From positions 682,001-746,000 of the forward strand of contig NIVC01000201.1 in the NCBI GenBank assembly GCA_002269645.1: a stretch of DNA of 64,000 bases, given 5' to 3'. Origin of the DNA: Macrostomum lignano. Taxonomy: Eukaryota. The notes under the pieces were generated by a model. That model saw only the letters and a program-made list of their open reading frames with translations. It did no database searches and was not told where the DNA came from. The position numbers and the translations under genes were made by a program. This document shows, in pieces, positions 26,201 through 39,039 of the stretch (position 1 is its first letter; each line of letters begins with the position of its first letter).

Positions 26201-28060
26201 GATCATGGGGGTAGTTTATGATAGATCATGGGTGTAGTTTATAATAGATCACGGGGGTAGTTTATGACAGATCATGGGGGTAGTTTATGATAGATCATGG
26301 GGGTAATTTATGACAGATCATGCGGGTAGTTTATGATAGACCATGGGGCTAGTTTATGATAGATCATGGGCGTAGTTTATGATAGACCATGGGGTTAGTT
26401 TATGATAGATCATGGGGGTAGTTTATGATAGATCATGGGGGTAGTTTATGATAAATCATGGGGGTAGTTTATGACAGATCATGGGGGTAGTTTATGATAG
26501 ATCATGGGGGTAGTTTATTACAGATCATGTGGGTAGTTTATGATAGACCATGGGGTTAATTTATGATAGATCATGGGGGTAGTTTATGATAGATCATGGG
26601 GGTAGTTTATGACAGATCATGGGGGTAGTTTATGATAGATCATGGGGGTAATTTATGACAGATCATGGGGGTAGTTTATTACAGATCATGCGGGTAGTTT
26701 ATGATAGATCATGGGGGTAATTTATGATAGACCATGGGGCTAGTTTATGATAGATCATGGGCGTAGTTTATGATAGACCATGGGGTTAGTTTATGATAGA
26801 TCATGGGGGTAGTTTATGATAGATCATGGGGGTAGTTTATGATAGATCATGGGGGTAGTTTATGATAGATCATGGGGGTAGTTTATGATAGATCATGGGG
26901 GTAGTTTATGACAGATCATGGGGGTAGTTTATGATAGATCATGGGGGTAATTTATGACAGATCATGGGGGGTAGTTTATTACAGATCATGCGGGTAGTTT
27001 ATGATAGACCATGGGGTTAGTTTATGATAGATCATGGGGGTAGTTTATGATAGATCATGGGGGTAGTTTATGATAGATCATGTGGGTAGTTTATGATAGA
27101 TCATGGGGTAGTTTATGATAGATCATGGGGGTAGTTTATGACAGATCATGGGGGTAGTTTATGATAGATCATGGGAGTAGTTTATGATAGATCATGGAGT
27201 AGTTTATGATAGATCATGGGGGTAGTTTATGATAGATCATGGGGGTAGTTTATGATAGATCATGGGGCTAGTTTATGATAGATCATGGGGGTAGTTTATG
27301 ATAGATCATGGGGGTAGTTTATGATAGATCATGGGGGTAGTTTATGATAGATCATGGGGGTAGTTTATGATAGATCATGAGGGTAGTTTATGATAGATCA
27401 TGGGGTTAGTTTATGATAGATCATGGGGGTAGTTTATGATAGATCATGGGGGTAGTTTATGACAGATCATGGGGGTAGGTTATGATAGATCATGGGGGGT
27501 AGTTTATTACAGATCATGCGGGTAGTTTATGATAGACCATGGGGTTAGTTTATGATAGATCATGGGGGTAGTTTATGATAGATCATGGGGGTAGTTTATG
27601 ATAGATCATGTGGGTAGTTTATGATAGATCATGGGGGTAGTTTATGATAGATCATGGGGGTAGTTTATGACAGATCATGGGGGTAGTTTATGATAGATCA
27701 TGGGGGTAATTTATGACAGATCATGGGGGTAGTTTATTACAGATCATGCGGGTAGTTTATGATAGACCATGAGGCTAGTTTATGATAGATCATGGGGGTA
27801 GTTTATGACAGATCATGGGGGTAGTTTATGATAGATCATGGGGGTAATTTATGACAGATCATGGGGGGTAGTTTATTACAGATCATGCGGGTAGTTTATG
27901 ATAGACCATGAGGCTAGTTTATGATAGATCATGGGGGTAGTATATGACAGATCATGGGGGTAGTTTATTACAGATCATGGGCGTAGTTTATGATAGACCA
28001 TGGGGTAGTTTATGGTAGATCATGGGGGTAGTTTATGACAGATCATGGGGGTAGTTTATT
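20263..28060. repeat. 7.8-kb satellite of a 23-bp unit TAGTTTATGATAGATCATGGGGG (~340 units)
   Basis: Directly visible; variant units recur in ordered series. Confidence 0.98.
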
Positions 28061-29107
28061 GTGATTCCGTCAGCTATTGATTTCAGAGCTATGGTGGTGC
28101 ATGTACATGGCCCTTCCATTTATCTTACTATGCGCACTCAGCATGCACGTTGCTCAATATGCAAATCGATGTACATCGTTGCTACAATATATTGTATATT
28201 ATATTGTATATATTATAAGGTTAACCTTTTCTTCGCTCGTCGCAAGCGCCGGCCTAGTTCTTAGTCATTTCAGTTTATGACATATCGTTGAGTAGTTCAC
28301 ACCATAATCACATATAATTACTAATTTGAATAATATACATAAAAAAACAAAAACTCGTGCAGACGGCCACAAGGGGGTCAGTCCGACAGGTCAAGTTAGA
28401 AGAGAAACGCACCTGCAGTGGGGGAGGGGGGCAGTCACATTTTTCTTATTCAAACTCCACCTATGGTGGCATCGGTTGCGCGCGGCAAGAGATGGAATTA
28501 TTAACAATAATTACGAGTATTGTGCATTTCGGCCCATCTGTATTCAGTCAGGCAGTTTAACAAAAACAACACCACGCGCGAGAGTTTAAGAAGGCCAAGC
28601 AGCTGTGTTGAACCGCTGCTTAAAACAAGAATGGAGAGAAATTCAACAAAAAATGCAGGTGCTTAGGGTCTACCGATCATTATAATTTTGTTATTCGAAT
28701 AAATAACAAAGCATTTGGTGGTAGCAATTTTTATTTGATTTCGTTATTCCACTTTGCGAATTTAAGCAAAGCGTTTGAGAATCTTAAAATTAGTGGCGAT
28801 GTACTTATAAAGATGTTCAAAAACAGCTCTGAAAGGTCTGACAGTCTTCGTGGAACGGGTGCGCAGCCGAGTAAGGCTGAAGCGGAACGACGCAATTTTA
28901 CTGGAGGCCGCAAAATTCATTGGCGAGATTAGAAGTGTCCGGTTATGTATGTTTATAAGAGGAATGGCAGGCGTTGTGTCCATTTATACATAGCAAAAAC
29001 ATATCCGTGAAATACAGAGGCGTCAGTCTGAAACCAAAGGAGTCATTACACTTTACTAACTAATAGGTAATCCCACTGGGCAGCCTCAGGGGGCTTCGGG
29101 CATCCGG

Positions 29108-32100
29108 TTACAGCGGGGAGGCGTCAACTCCGCTAACCCCTGGCACAGGCAGTGCCAGGGCATTTCTGGCACGCTGCACCCTGCCGATCAGCTGCTCCCT
29201 GAACCTCAGCATGCCCAGGTCACGCGCTGTCGCCTTCCTCTGCTCACCCCTGTCGGCCCAGCTCCTGTAGTGCTGCAAGCCAGCGCTGTTGTAGTCAATG
29301 TAGGCTGTGGCCCTGCCTTGAAAATAGCTCTGCACATTGTGCACGCTCATGATTCGAACGTATTGCGGCCTCACAATCAGTTTCGACTGCGAGCCCTGCG
29401 CGTAGATTTCGGCCTCGCGTTGCAACTTCAGCAGGAAGCTGAGCCTCAGGCCAGAAATGGTGACGTTGGCTGACATGACGGGGTCGCTGGGCCACTCCAG
29501 CCAGAACACCGCGTGCTGAAATGACAGGCCAGCCGTTTTGTTGTCTGACATGAAAGCTCGGGTCAGGTCCCGCCAGCTGCGGTATCCGCTGCCCCTCGGC
29601 ACGATCACTTCGTCCATGTCGGTGAACACGGTGAACTCGAACCGGGCCGCGGAGCGCATCACGCAGTCCTGCACGGCGGCCATCTGACCGAAGTACTTCA
29701 GCTCGATAGGTAGGCTGGGTGGATGCGGCCTGAGCTGGACGGACTTTACAGGCGTTTGAAACTGCAGGACGGTGACGTCACTGGCGAACTGCGGGCGCGT
29801 GAACAGGGCGAGGACAGGCTAACGAAACGATTAGGCCTTTGTTTCAAGTTTTATGCACATTTTTATTAACAAAATTGAGAATCACCTTATTGGAAATCCA
29901 GTTCGCAAAGATTTGTTTGAGGCGTAGCGCCCCAGATACTAGAATAACTAAATATACTCAGCAACATTGAAAAGTTGCCACTCTCTGCGCCAGCGAGCAA
30001 TTTCATTTGGACTGTTCTGAAATAAAATATACGAGAAAACTGATCGGGGTAGCTCTAATCCGTCCAACCTTCGCACACCGCTCCCCCACTTCATTCTTCA
30101 AACTCAAGCCTGCCGCGGCTTAGCTAAGTTGCGTCACTCGCAAAGTTAAGGGACTTTTACCTGCACCACTCAAAAGTGGCGACCATAGATGGAATCTTCT
30201 GTGATGGCGACTTTTCGATGTTGCTGAGTATTTGTCACTCGCAAAAAATGAGCTCAGCTACTCTTTAAGTAGCAAAATTAGCGTTTTTGACTTTATATTT
30301 GTAAAATAAGAAAGGTATTAAAACTTGCAATTGATATAAATTACTTAGAAGCTGCAACAATAACCTCTGGCTTTCTACTCGAAGACCCATTCAAATAGCA
30401 TTTTCCCTACCCCCCCCCCATGCTTGAAGCTGCACCCAAGTCAAGTGCGTGTGCACAGCGAGCTAGAGAGAGAAGGGTGGCGCTCTCTGCCAGGCCAATA
30501 AACAGCAGGCTTTCCTCTTGCCTGCTAGTGTCTGATTTTCGCCTCTTTCCTTACTGCTCTCTCATTGGCTGAGCCAGATTGGGCCTGTCTGAACCATAGG
30601 CTGAGTGTACATCAAGTTAAATGCTAATTGTTATTCATTCTTAACCTCATGTGCTCCTGAATTTTAGGAATTTTCGGAATTTTAAGGAAATTAAAGAAAA
30701 AAGGAATTTTAGCTGCCACACTAAATTTATGTGGCACTGCGCAGACAAACTACTGAAAATATAGTAGACACTCTACTTTTTCACTACTTCAAACGCGAGT
30801 GACATGTCAGCCTGCAGCAGAGAGCTGAATGGGGTTTCGCCATGTTGTACTCGCGACTCCCAGGAAGGGTGCACCTACGAGGGTCAGAGTACGTGGGCCC
30901 GTGCTGGCCTGCGTCGGGGCGAGAGTGTCCGCACGGGACCCTAGGTCTGGGGCGTCAGGACGCACCCAAGTGGCCGGCACACGCGTAGGGACGATGTGAT
31001 GTCGATCATCTTCAGCTTCACCTTCACCTTCACCTTCACCTTCACGTCAGGGCACACAAGCTGGCGTCTATGTACAGCGGGCTTACAGTACAGGGTGGCC
31101 CCTAGCTGACCCTAGCTCCTACCTGGCCTAGTCCCCCTGAGTCGGCGTCAGGACACACGGACTGTCCCTGCTACAGCTCCCGAAATGAAAGAGACAAGGC
31201 AGTGACTTACTTCGCGGATAGCTCGCCCTTGCGCGTGCGGTCAATAAATCGTAGCTGAGGTCTGCTCGCGGCTGGCGGACCCGATGGTCAACGTTTATTG
31301 TGTATGTGTTAGGGGAAGGACGGTCTAAAGACGCTGTAATCGGCGCTCTGGGCCTGCGTTGTAGAGTGCGGCAAACCAAAACAACCACGGGCCGGCAGCA
31401 AGCCCGCCCCGGCTGCGCCTTTAAAGGCCACGACCCCCCCCCGGGCCTGGGGCTCCCCCCCAGCCCCACACCCAGCCCCACCCCCCGGCCCAGCCACCCA
31501 CCGGCCAATCACGGCGCAGCTGGGGGAAGGCAGCCCGGGAGGAGGGCCAAACAGGGCGACCCAGCCAACCAGCGCGCAGACAACCCAAAGGGCTAAGAGG
31601 CTTACACCACTGAGCCTATCACACCAAAAACAAATACGGAGCAGAGTGCAATTTAGCAGTGCAAGCGCAAGGGCACAATAACATAGCGCAAAAACAAATA
31701 CAGTATGCCGCATGGGGGGGGGCAGAATGCACTTTGGCAGGGCAAGCGCACGGGCACAACAGCCATTAGAAAAATTCGGTTTAGAAAAGTATTCTAGAAA
31801 AAGTACACCGCAAAGATAGGAACAGAAGAAGAGTTGTCCGATTGCTGGGCACCCAAGCCTGTGCCCCGAGCACATTCAGCGTTAGTTTACAATCAACATC
31901 ACAGTAACGATCGAAAAAACGATGGTGTACGAGTATAAGACAAACAAAGGTCCACGAGGCCACCTACCTGCTTGTGGCCAAGTATCCTGGTCACCTGCTG
32001 GCTCGAGCTGTGATTGTACACGAAAAAGTGATCGGCTCCGAGCATTCGATTCATCTCGAGAGTCTGCACCATCTCGTCCACCCTGCTGTAATTGAGGTGC

Positions 32101-34228
32101 AGCGGCGATACGCACACTGAGAACTTCCCATTTCTCACCGGCTCCGATGGCAGCCGCTGCACCAGGTGCGCGGCGTGCGGTTGAGCACAGGCAGAGCTGA
32201 GGGAGGCAAAAAGACTTGTTTGTGATTGATGCTGAGATTTGGGATTCTGAGACCATCGATTTGGGGATTCTGAGACCATCGATTTGGGATTCTGAGACCA
32301 TCGATTTGGGATTTCGAGACCATCAATTTAGGATTCTGAAAGCATCGATTTGGGATTCTAGAACCATCGATTTGGGATTCTGAGACCATCGATTTGGGAT
32401 TTCGAGACCATCAATTTAGGATTCTGAAAGCATCGATTTGGGATTCTGAGAGCATCGATTTGGGATTCTGAGACCATCGATTTGGGGATTCTGAGACCAA
32501 CGATTTGGGATTCTGTGACCATCGATTTGGGATTCTGAGAGCATCAGTTTGGGATTCTGAGAGCATCGATTTGGGATTCTGAGAGCATCGGTTTGGGATT
32601 CTGAGAGCATCGATTTGGGGTTCTGAGAGCATCGATTTGGGATTCTGAGACCAACGATTTGGGATTCTGTGACCATCGATTTGGGATTCTGAGAGCATCA
32701 GTTTGGGATTCTGAGAGCATCGATTTGGGATTCTGAGAGCATCGGTTCGGGATTCTGAGAGCATCGATTTGGGGTTCTGAGAGCATCGGTTTGGGATTCT
32801 GAGAGCATCGATTTGGGATTCTGAGAGACCATCGATTTGGGTAGTAATTGCAGCACTCACCTGGCAAAGGACACGGCATATGGAACCTCTTTATCCTCGC
32901 CCAGAATTTCGCAGCTGATCACCACGGACTCGTAGAGCCGGCCGTCGCCCTGAGGCGCCACCTCCACCGCAGCAGGCGCGGCCGCCGTCATCTTGTTGGA
33001 CCTCCGGTACCACAGCTGGCAGAGTGGGCCGCTGACCCTGCCGCCCACCGCGATGCCGACCACCCTGACAACCGGCCGGCAGCCGCTGTCCCTCGGGTCA
33101 AAGTAGGCCGAGTAGGTGAACAGGTCCCTGTTGCTGGGGTGGCTGCTCAGGAATTGGAATTCCTTTGCCAGGGTGCGGGAAGAGCGAATCCCATCCTCAG
33201 TGGATGTTTTGATTGTCTTTTAAATGCAAACATTGTGCATAAATTGGGCTTGTGCAAATTACCTGGCCAATGCTGGGCAAAGATGTCTGGGTCTGCTGGT
33301 TGCATCGGAAGGTGGTTGGTTGCTGCCGCCAATTATCCGGAATCCTGCGGCCCTTCAGAGCTGGAAGTACTATTAAATGTACTGCCGAGAGAGTCGCTGC
33401 ACCCAGTAGAAACAAAACGAACAGCTGAGGTAACCGGCACGAAATTCTGGCTGCGGAACCGCGGAGATGGTTGCATGTTAATGCTGACCCTCACTCTGAC
33501 CCTCACTCTGACCCTCACTCTGACCCTCACACTGACCCTCACTCTGACCCTCACTCTGACCCTCACTCTGACCCTCACTCTGACCCTCACTCTGACCCTC
33601 TCTGACCCTCACTCTGACCCTCACTCTGACCCTCACTCTGACCCTCACTCTGAACCTCACACTGACCCTCACTCTGACCCTCACTCTGACCCTCACTCTG
33701 ACCCTCACTCTGACCCTCACTCTGACCCTCACTCTGACCCTCACTCTGACCCTCACTCTGACCCTCACTCTGACCCTCACTCTGACCCTCACTCTGACCC
33801 TCACTCTGACCCTCACTCTGACCCTCACTCTGACCCTCACTCTGACCCTCACTCTGACCCTCACTCTGACCCTCACACTGACCCTCACTCTGACCCTCAC
33901 TCTGACCCTCACACTGACCCTCACTCTGACCCTCACTCTGACCCTCACTCTGACCCTCACACTGACCCTCACTCTGACCCTCACTCTGACCCTCACACTG
34001 ACCCTCACACTGACCCTCACTCTGACCCTCACACTGACCCTCACTCTGACCCTCACTCTGACCCTCACTCTAACCCTCACCCTGACCCTCACTCTGACCC
34101 TCACACTGATCTGAAACTCTTAAATGCAAATGAAAATGAAAAATTTACAGAAAGATGAACAGAAGGTTAACTAATTTGGTGCAGTTCATTCTATTATATG
34201 ATTAATTTTGCCTACCTGAGCACAACAT
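29108..34228 (-). CDS. Glycosyltransferase family 92 (DUF23) type-II membrane protein, ~480 aa, 5 exons (34228-34216, 33450-33263, 33162-32861, 32196-31968, 29818-29108)
   Basis: TM helix [22 protein letters not shown]; motifs [73 protein letters not shown]; all junctions GT-AG and in frame. Confidence 0.88.
32238..32840. repeat. 22-bp intronic minisatellite (ATCGATTTGGGATTCTGAGAGC)n
   Basis: Fills GT92 intron 3. Confidence 0.95.
33484..34110. repeat. 12-bp intronic minisatellite (CTGACCCTCACT)n
   Basis: Fills GT92 intron 1. Confidence 0.97.
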
Positions 34229-34513
34229 CGGTGACCTGATTCGTGCCTCTCAGACTGACTGGTTGCAGCGAATTAGTCGTACAAAAGACGAAGCCGAGAC
34301 ACTAGATTTGTGCCTGAGATACCAATATCAGACTCAAAGTTAAGAAAGATCTCTTTGCCAGTCCGATTAGAACGGCCGTCTAATGGCCAAAACTCGCTGC
34401 GCAAAATGAAGCCTGAGAAGAATTTCTATAGGCTAGCTCACTAAGCGAACTTCCCCGCTGCGTCTTCGGACCGCCCTGCAGCTAAGTCAAGTAAGTCACT
34501 AAGCGAACTAATG

Positions 34514-34975
34514 GTTCTGTCTATGGATTTGAGGGCAGGAACGAGCGAAATCCTCGGTCTGCGAAAGAACTGTGTTGTCTCATCATTTTGAGGGCGCCAC
34601 TAAGCATTAACCATAGACGAAACTAGCGGGCACAGAATTCATTCCTGCCCGCGTTCAAAATCTTTCCTGCCCGCCACTTTAGTCTGTGGTAATACTCAGG
34701 CTTTTTAAACTGTATTTTTGCAACTGATTGTTCTGACTATGGATTTGAGGGCAGGAACGAGCGAAATCCTCGGTCTGCGAAAGAACTGTGTTGTCTTATC
34801 ATTTTGAGGGCGCCACTAAGCATTAACCATAGACGAAACTAGCGGGCACAGAATTCATTCCTGCCCGCGTTCAAAATCTTTCCTGCCCGCCACTTTAGTC
34901 TGTGGTAATACTCAGGCTTTTTAAACTGTATTTTTGCAACTGATTGTTCTGACTATGGATTTGAGGGCAGGAATG
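34514..34975. repeat. 216-bp tandem repeat (~2.1 copies)
   Basis: CTATGGATTTGAGGGCAGG recurs at 34521, 34737 and 34953; each unit has a CCATAGAC...GTCTGTGG inverted pair. Confidence 0.9.
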
Positions 34976-35421
34976 AGCGAATCCGAGGGCTGCGAATCAC
35001 GATTGGCCATCGGGCACGGAATGTCGTTGTGTGCCCGCTGCCCTGAGAATTCGTCTATGTCCAAAGCCCCTAAAGCCTGTTCATACAGCTGCAGTGAAGA
35101 GAGACGTGGAGGCATCGGACTAGAGCTGAGATTAGCTGCACTGCACAATACAAAAAATTCTTGCGTTACAAACGTTTACGCTTATGCCATAGACAAAATC
35201 TGCGGGCAACACACTGACGATTCCTTAGGCCGTCTTGCCCGCGAAATCGTGAGACAACAGCTGATAGAATCCCGAAGAAAAGAGCGAATATATATATGGA
35301 AGTCAACAAGAACGACCACTAATTATTGAGCACGAGGCATGATCAATTTGCAAAGAATCGCCACTGGCGATATTAGTGGCTTGGATAGTGCTGAATTGGA
35401 ATCCATGTCCAAACTGCGTCC

Positions 35422-35814
35422 ATGAGCGCGAAGACGTCTGTCGATCAGTGGTCGGGATTGCCAATCCTGGACCTCAATGACGTGGAAACGTATTTGGCGG
35501 AACTACGGTTTCAGGAAGATTCGTATCGCGACTTAGATGTACAAGAACTAGAGGACATCAAACGACTTGAACAGTCGTCAAAGTCGGCATCCACCTTAGC
35601 AACCACTAAGAATCAAATTAATTGGTTCAAGAAATTTCTTCGTGAGAAAAACCTGCCTGATGACATTGAAAGCTACTTAGACGGCTATCTGCGCCTCTGG
35701 TACGTAAGTCTGCGAGCTAATCCTGCGCTTGGAACGAAGACCTATGCACCGGATACGATTCGTGGCTTTCGGGCTAGTATCCATCGATTTGTAAAGGAGA
35801 CAAACAGTGCTTGA
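35422..35814 (+). mobile_element. Crypton-like tyrosine-recombinase N-terminal fragment (truncated)
   Basis: STLATTKNQINWFKKFLREK...LDGYLRLWYVSLR...KTYAPDTIRGFRASIHRFVKE resembles the core-binding region upstream of DUF3504 in Crypton/KCTD1/ZMYM-type YRs; no catalytic domain seen. Confidence 0.7.
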
Positions 35815-36496
35815 GAAAGACGGTGTAAGACTCAGCTTCTATCTTTAACGCTGCATGGCTTTTGATGAAGCATTGATGAACTATTCTGCTATTGACGTAT
35901 TGTTTAAAAATGTACTTTTGTTATGCTGGCTAGCATGTACTGTTACTTCGATAAATTTATCTTTTTCTACGCTCATATGAAGAGGCTCATTGATCGAGCC
36001 CCGGCCGAGAATTAGAACCGAGAGAGACCGGAACGCACTGGGCTTCAGGATACTCAAACATGTATTTCTTTGAGTACTTTCTTGTGGCTCATTCGTTTGT
36101 CTTATTTATTTGGATCGTTTTTTGACCGGGACAGATAAACGTCTTTTACAATGGACCATAGACTTATTCGGCGCGGCCAAAGGGGGTATAAGTAAGTTCT
36201 TTCCGCCAGAAGATAAGGCGCCTAAGGGGGACAATTTAAGGACAGCAGCAGAGCCAATCTCCATTCCAGAGACCAGGCAAGTCAATACGGCAAGGCACCC
36301 AGACTGGCGGGCGAGGCAGAGCAACGGTTGATAGCCCTCTGGTAAATAAACCAGATAACACCACAAGATAACATTCGCTCAAACAAGATAACATGCCCTA
36401 TTCCGGTTATGCAAAAATTTTATCTTGTATGAATCTTGTTTGCGTGACGAAATCTTACGTTTCCTTGTTTCAAACAAGATTCAAAAAGGATTTGCT

Positions 36497-37040
36497 GACC
36501 AGATAACAGTCGGGTAATTCATGCGAATCCTGCAGGGAAACACCGTGTTATCCTGTTTGTTATCTTGTTTGTTATCCTGTCTGGCAAACAGGATTCGTTG
36601 ACCAGGTAACAGTCGGGTAATTCATGCGAATCCTGCAGGGAAACACCGTGTTATCCTGTTTGTTATCTTGTTTGTTATCCTGTCTGGCAAACAGGATTCG
36701 CTGACCAGGTAACAGTCGGGTAATTCATGCGAATCCTGCAGGGAAACACCGTGTTATCCTGTTTGTTATCTTGTTTGTTATCCTGTCTGGCAAACAGGAT
36801 TCGCTGACCAGGTAACAGTCGGGTAATTCATGCGAATCCTGCAGGGAAACACCGTGTTATCCTGTTTGTTATCTTGTTTGTTATCCTGTCTGGCAAACAG
36901 GATTCGTTGACCAGGTAACAGTCGGGTAATTCATGCGAATCCTGCAGGGAAACACCGCGTTATCCTGTTTGTTATCTTGTTTGTTATCCTGTCTGGCAAA
37001 CAGGATTCGCTGACTAAGGTAACAGTCGGGTAATTCATGC
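36497..37040. repeat. 103-bp tandem repeat (~5 units), subterminal in the TIR element
   Basis: Period 36497/36600/36703. Confidence 0.95.
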
Positions 37041-39039
37041 GAAAAAAGCCGGAAGGCATTGACATCAAATTTCGCAGTAAGGAAGCGTATAAAAAAGTTG
37101 GTGCTTCAAGATGTTGTGAGTAGCATCTATTAACAGTGGGTGTCATTTGTAAGCGCCTTATATACAAACTAAACAAGGAACAGGAACAAGCTCTCAACAG
37201 GAACGGAAACTTCTGGAGAACAGCGTGGCATACGTCTGAGTTTCGGGAGTCCAGTTATAAGTAGACCTACTTATACTGTGGATACTAATTGACACTACTG
37301 AATTGGTGATCTGCTGCGAGCTGGTGCTGAGTCGCAGGTCGGACCTGCTGTACTCGGACGCGACTCTGATGGCAGTCGACGCGTGGGCCAGACGTTTGAA
37401 AGATCGGGTTGCGCGCGTGGAAGGCGATTAATGAGACAACTGACGGGGGCTTGCATTATAATCCGGCGCAATGGAACGACTCTGCATTATTAAAGTTAAA
37501 TTAAATGGCGATGGAAAGCAGTTTATCCGAAATATACACAGTTATAAAGAAACAGTAATGTACATACACACTCGATCGTCTAGCTCTAACAGACAGCGAC
37601 GGTTCGCCGACAATCATTGCCAGATTGTACGACTGTTCACTAGTAATGTCAGCTGCGTCGATAGAATTGTCATTCGTAGCATAGTCGTCGTCCGGAATCA
37701 ACTGGCTTTCGTTGATCGGCTGCTCGTAGACCGGAGACAAAGTGAATGGTGTATCATCTGATGCGCCGGCTCGCGCGGCGCTGGCTTCGTTGCGTCCACG
37801 AAATGCCGACTACGCTGGAAACTCTTACCTGATTGTTTTCGCAATCCCGTGCGCCAACGGTGATATCCAACCGACTTGGCGTTGCAGATGTCGCTAGTGC
37901 GATGGACGATCGTCCAACGGCGTCATCAACTGCGTCGTTCGAAGCAGTGACACCCTCCGGAAAAAGTGGCTGAAAAGATTGCCGACACTCATGGTCTGTA
38001 ACGACTACTCTCTTGACTTGTTCGAGGATTTATTAAATCTCGACAAGATTACCGACACTCGTAGTCTGTAACGACTACTCTCTTGACTTGATCTGCTCAC
38101 GGCTGGTGCAACTGCAAACGCCTTAGACAAACCAATGGAGCATGCACCGAAAAAAATCGGATTAGCGTCTATCTTAATAGGAAAGCTGCTTTGCATACTG
38201 GGCCAGATAGAGCTATTTGGAACCATGCCACAGTCTCCGTCTAGACACCCAGCTGTGCCAAACAATATGGTTGGCTGACTATGTTTCTAAGCGTCAAATA
38301 AGACGATAGAATCATTCAGCCCGTTGACACACTAAGCAGCTGTGACAGACTGCATGCCAGTGGTAGTCAAACCTCTCGCACACAAACAGGGCGCAACAAT
38401 TTTTCAATTGTCACCTGTACGGAGGATGGGCACAGCCTCACATTACGGACGCTACAGTGCCGCCGTAAGGCAGATCAATTCACCTTGCAATTTCGAGGCT
38501 TTTTTACCCCTCGGATTAAAGATTGACCCGCATAGTCAAAAAAAGTGACTACTCTTAGCAGCTGCCTTGAGCTACAAAAGACGCGAGGATTGATTACCCC
38601 TCGTAGGTCAGCATTTTCAGTCAACTGCTCAACTCTGATTCATCGGTTGAAGCGGGGTTCCATTATCCCTCGCTGGTGGACATACACCAACACTGCAGAC
38701 GCTTTAGACAACCCAATGGAGCATGCTCTAGCAAGAGCTAGAATAACGTCTGTCTTAAAAAAGGCTACCTTAGAACTGGGCCAGTAGGAGCTTTTGGAAC
38801 CATGCCACAGCTCCATCTAGACACCCAGCTGCACCAGATAATAGGGTAATCTGATACACTAAGTAACCGCGACAGACTACATGCCATTGGGAGTCAAACC
38901 TCTCCAGCACAATAAGAATGCAATAGTTTGTCGGAGAGCCAACAAAGCTATCACCTGCAGGGAGGGTGGGCACGGCCTCACATTACGAGCGCTAGCGTTT
39001 GCTGATATATGGCACTTTACCCCTCGCAGGTCAGCTCAT

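Noticed and set aside
33483-33486. GT92 acceptor supplied by the last 12-bp repeat unit (GGGTCAG|CATT)
   Set aside because: Frame-compatible, but a better pyrimidine-rich acceptor with a branch-like ATTAAC exists at 33451/33450 in the same phase.
33478-34158. Long ORFs over repeats (436 aa at 32848-34158, 390 aa at 44374-45546, ORFs at 41949-42886, 15829-16291, 43395-44419, 47691-48183)
   Set aside because: These are translations of stop-free tandem repeats inside introns or spacers.
37470-38970. Short ORFs inside the TIR element as transposase remnants
   Set aside because: No DDE or CACTA transposase motifs recognised.
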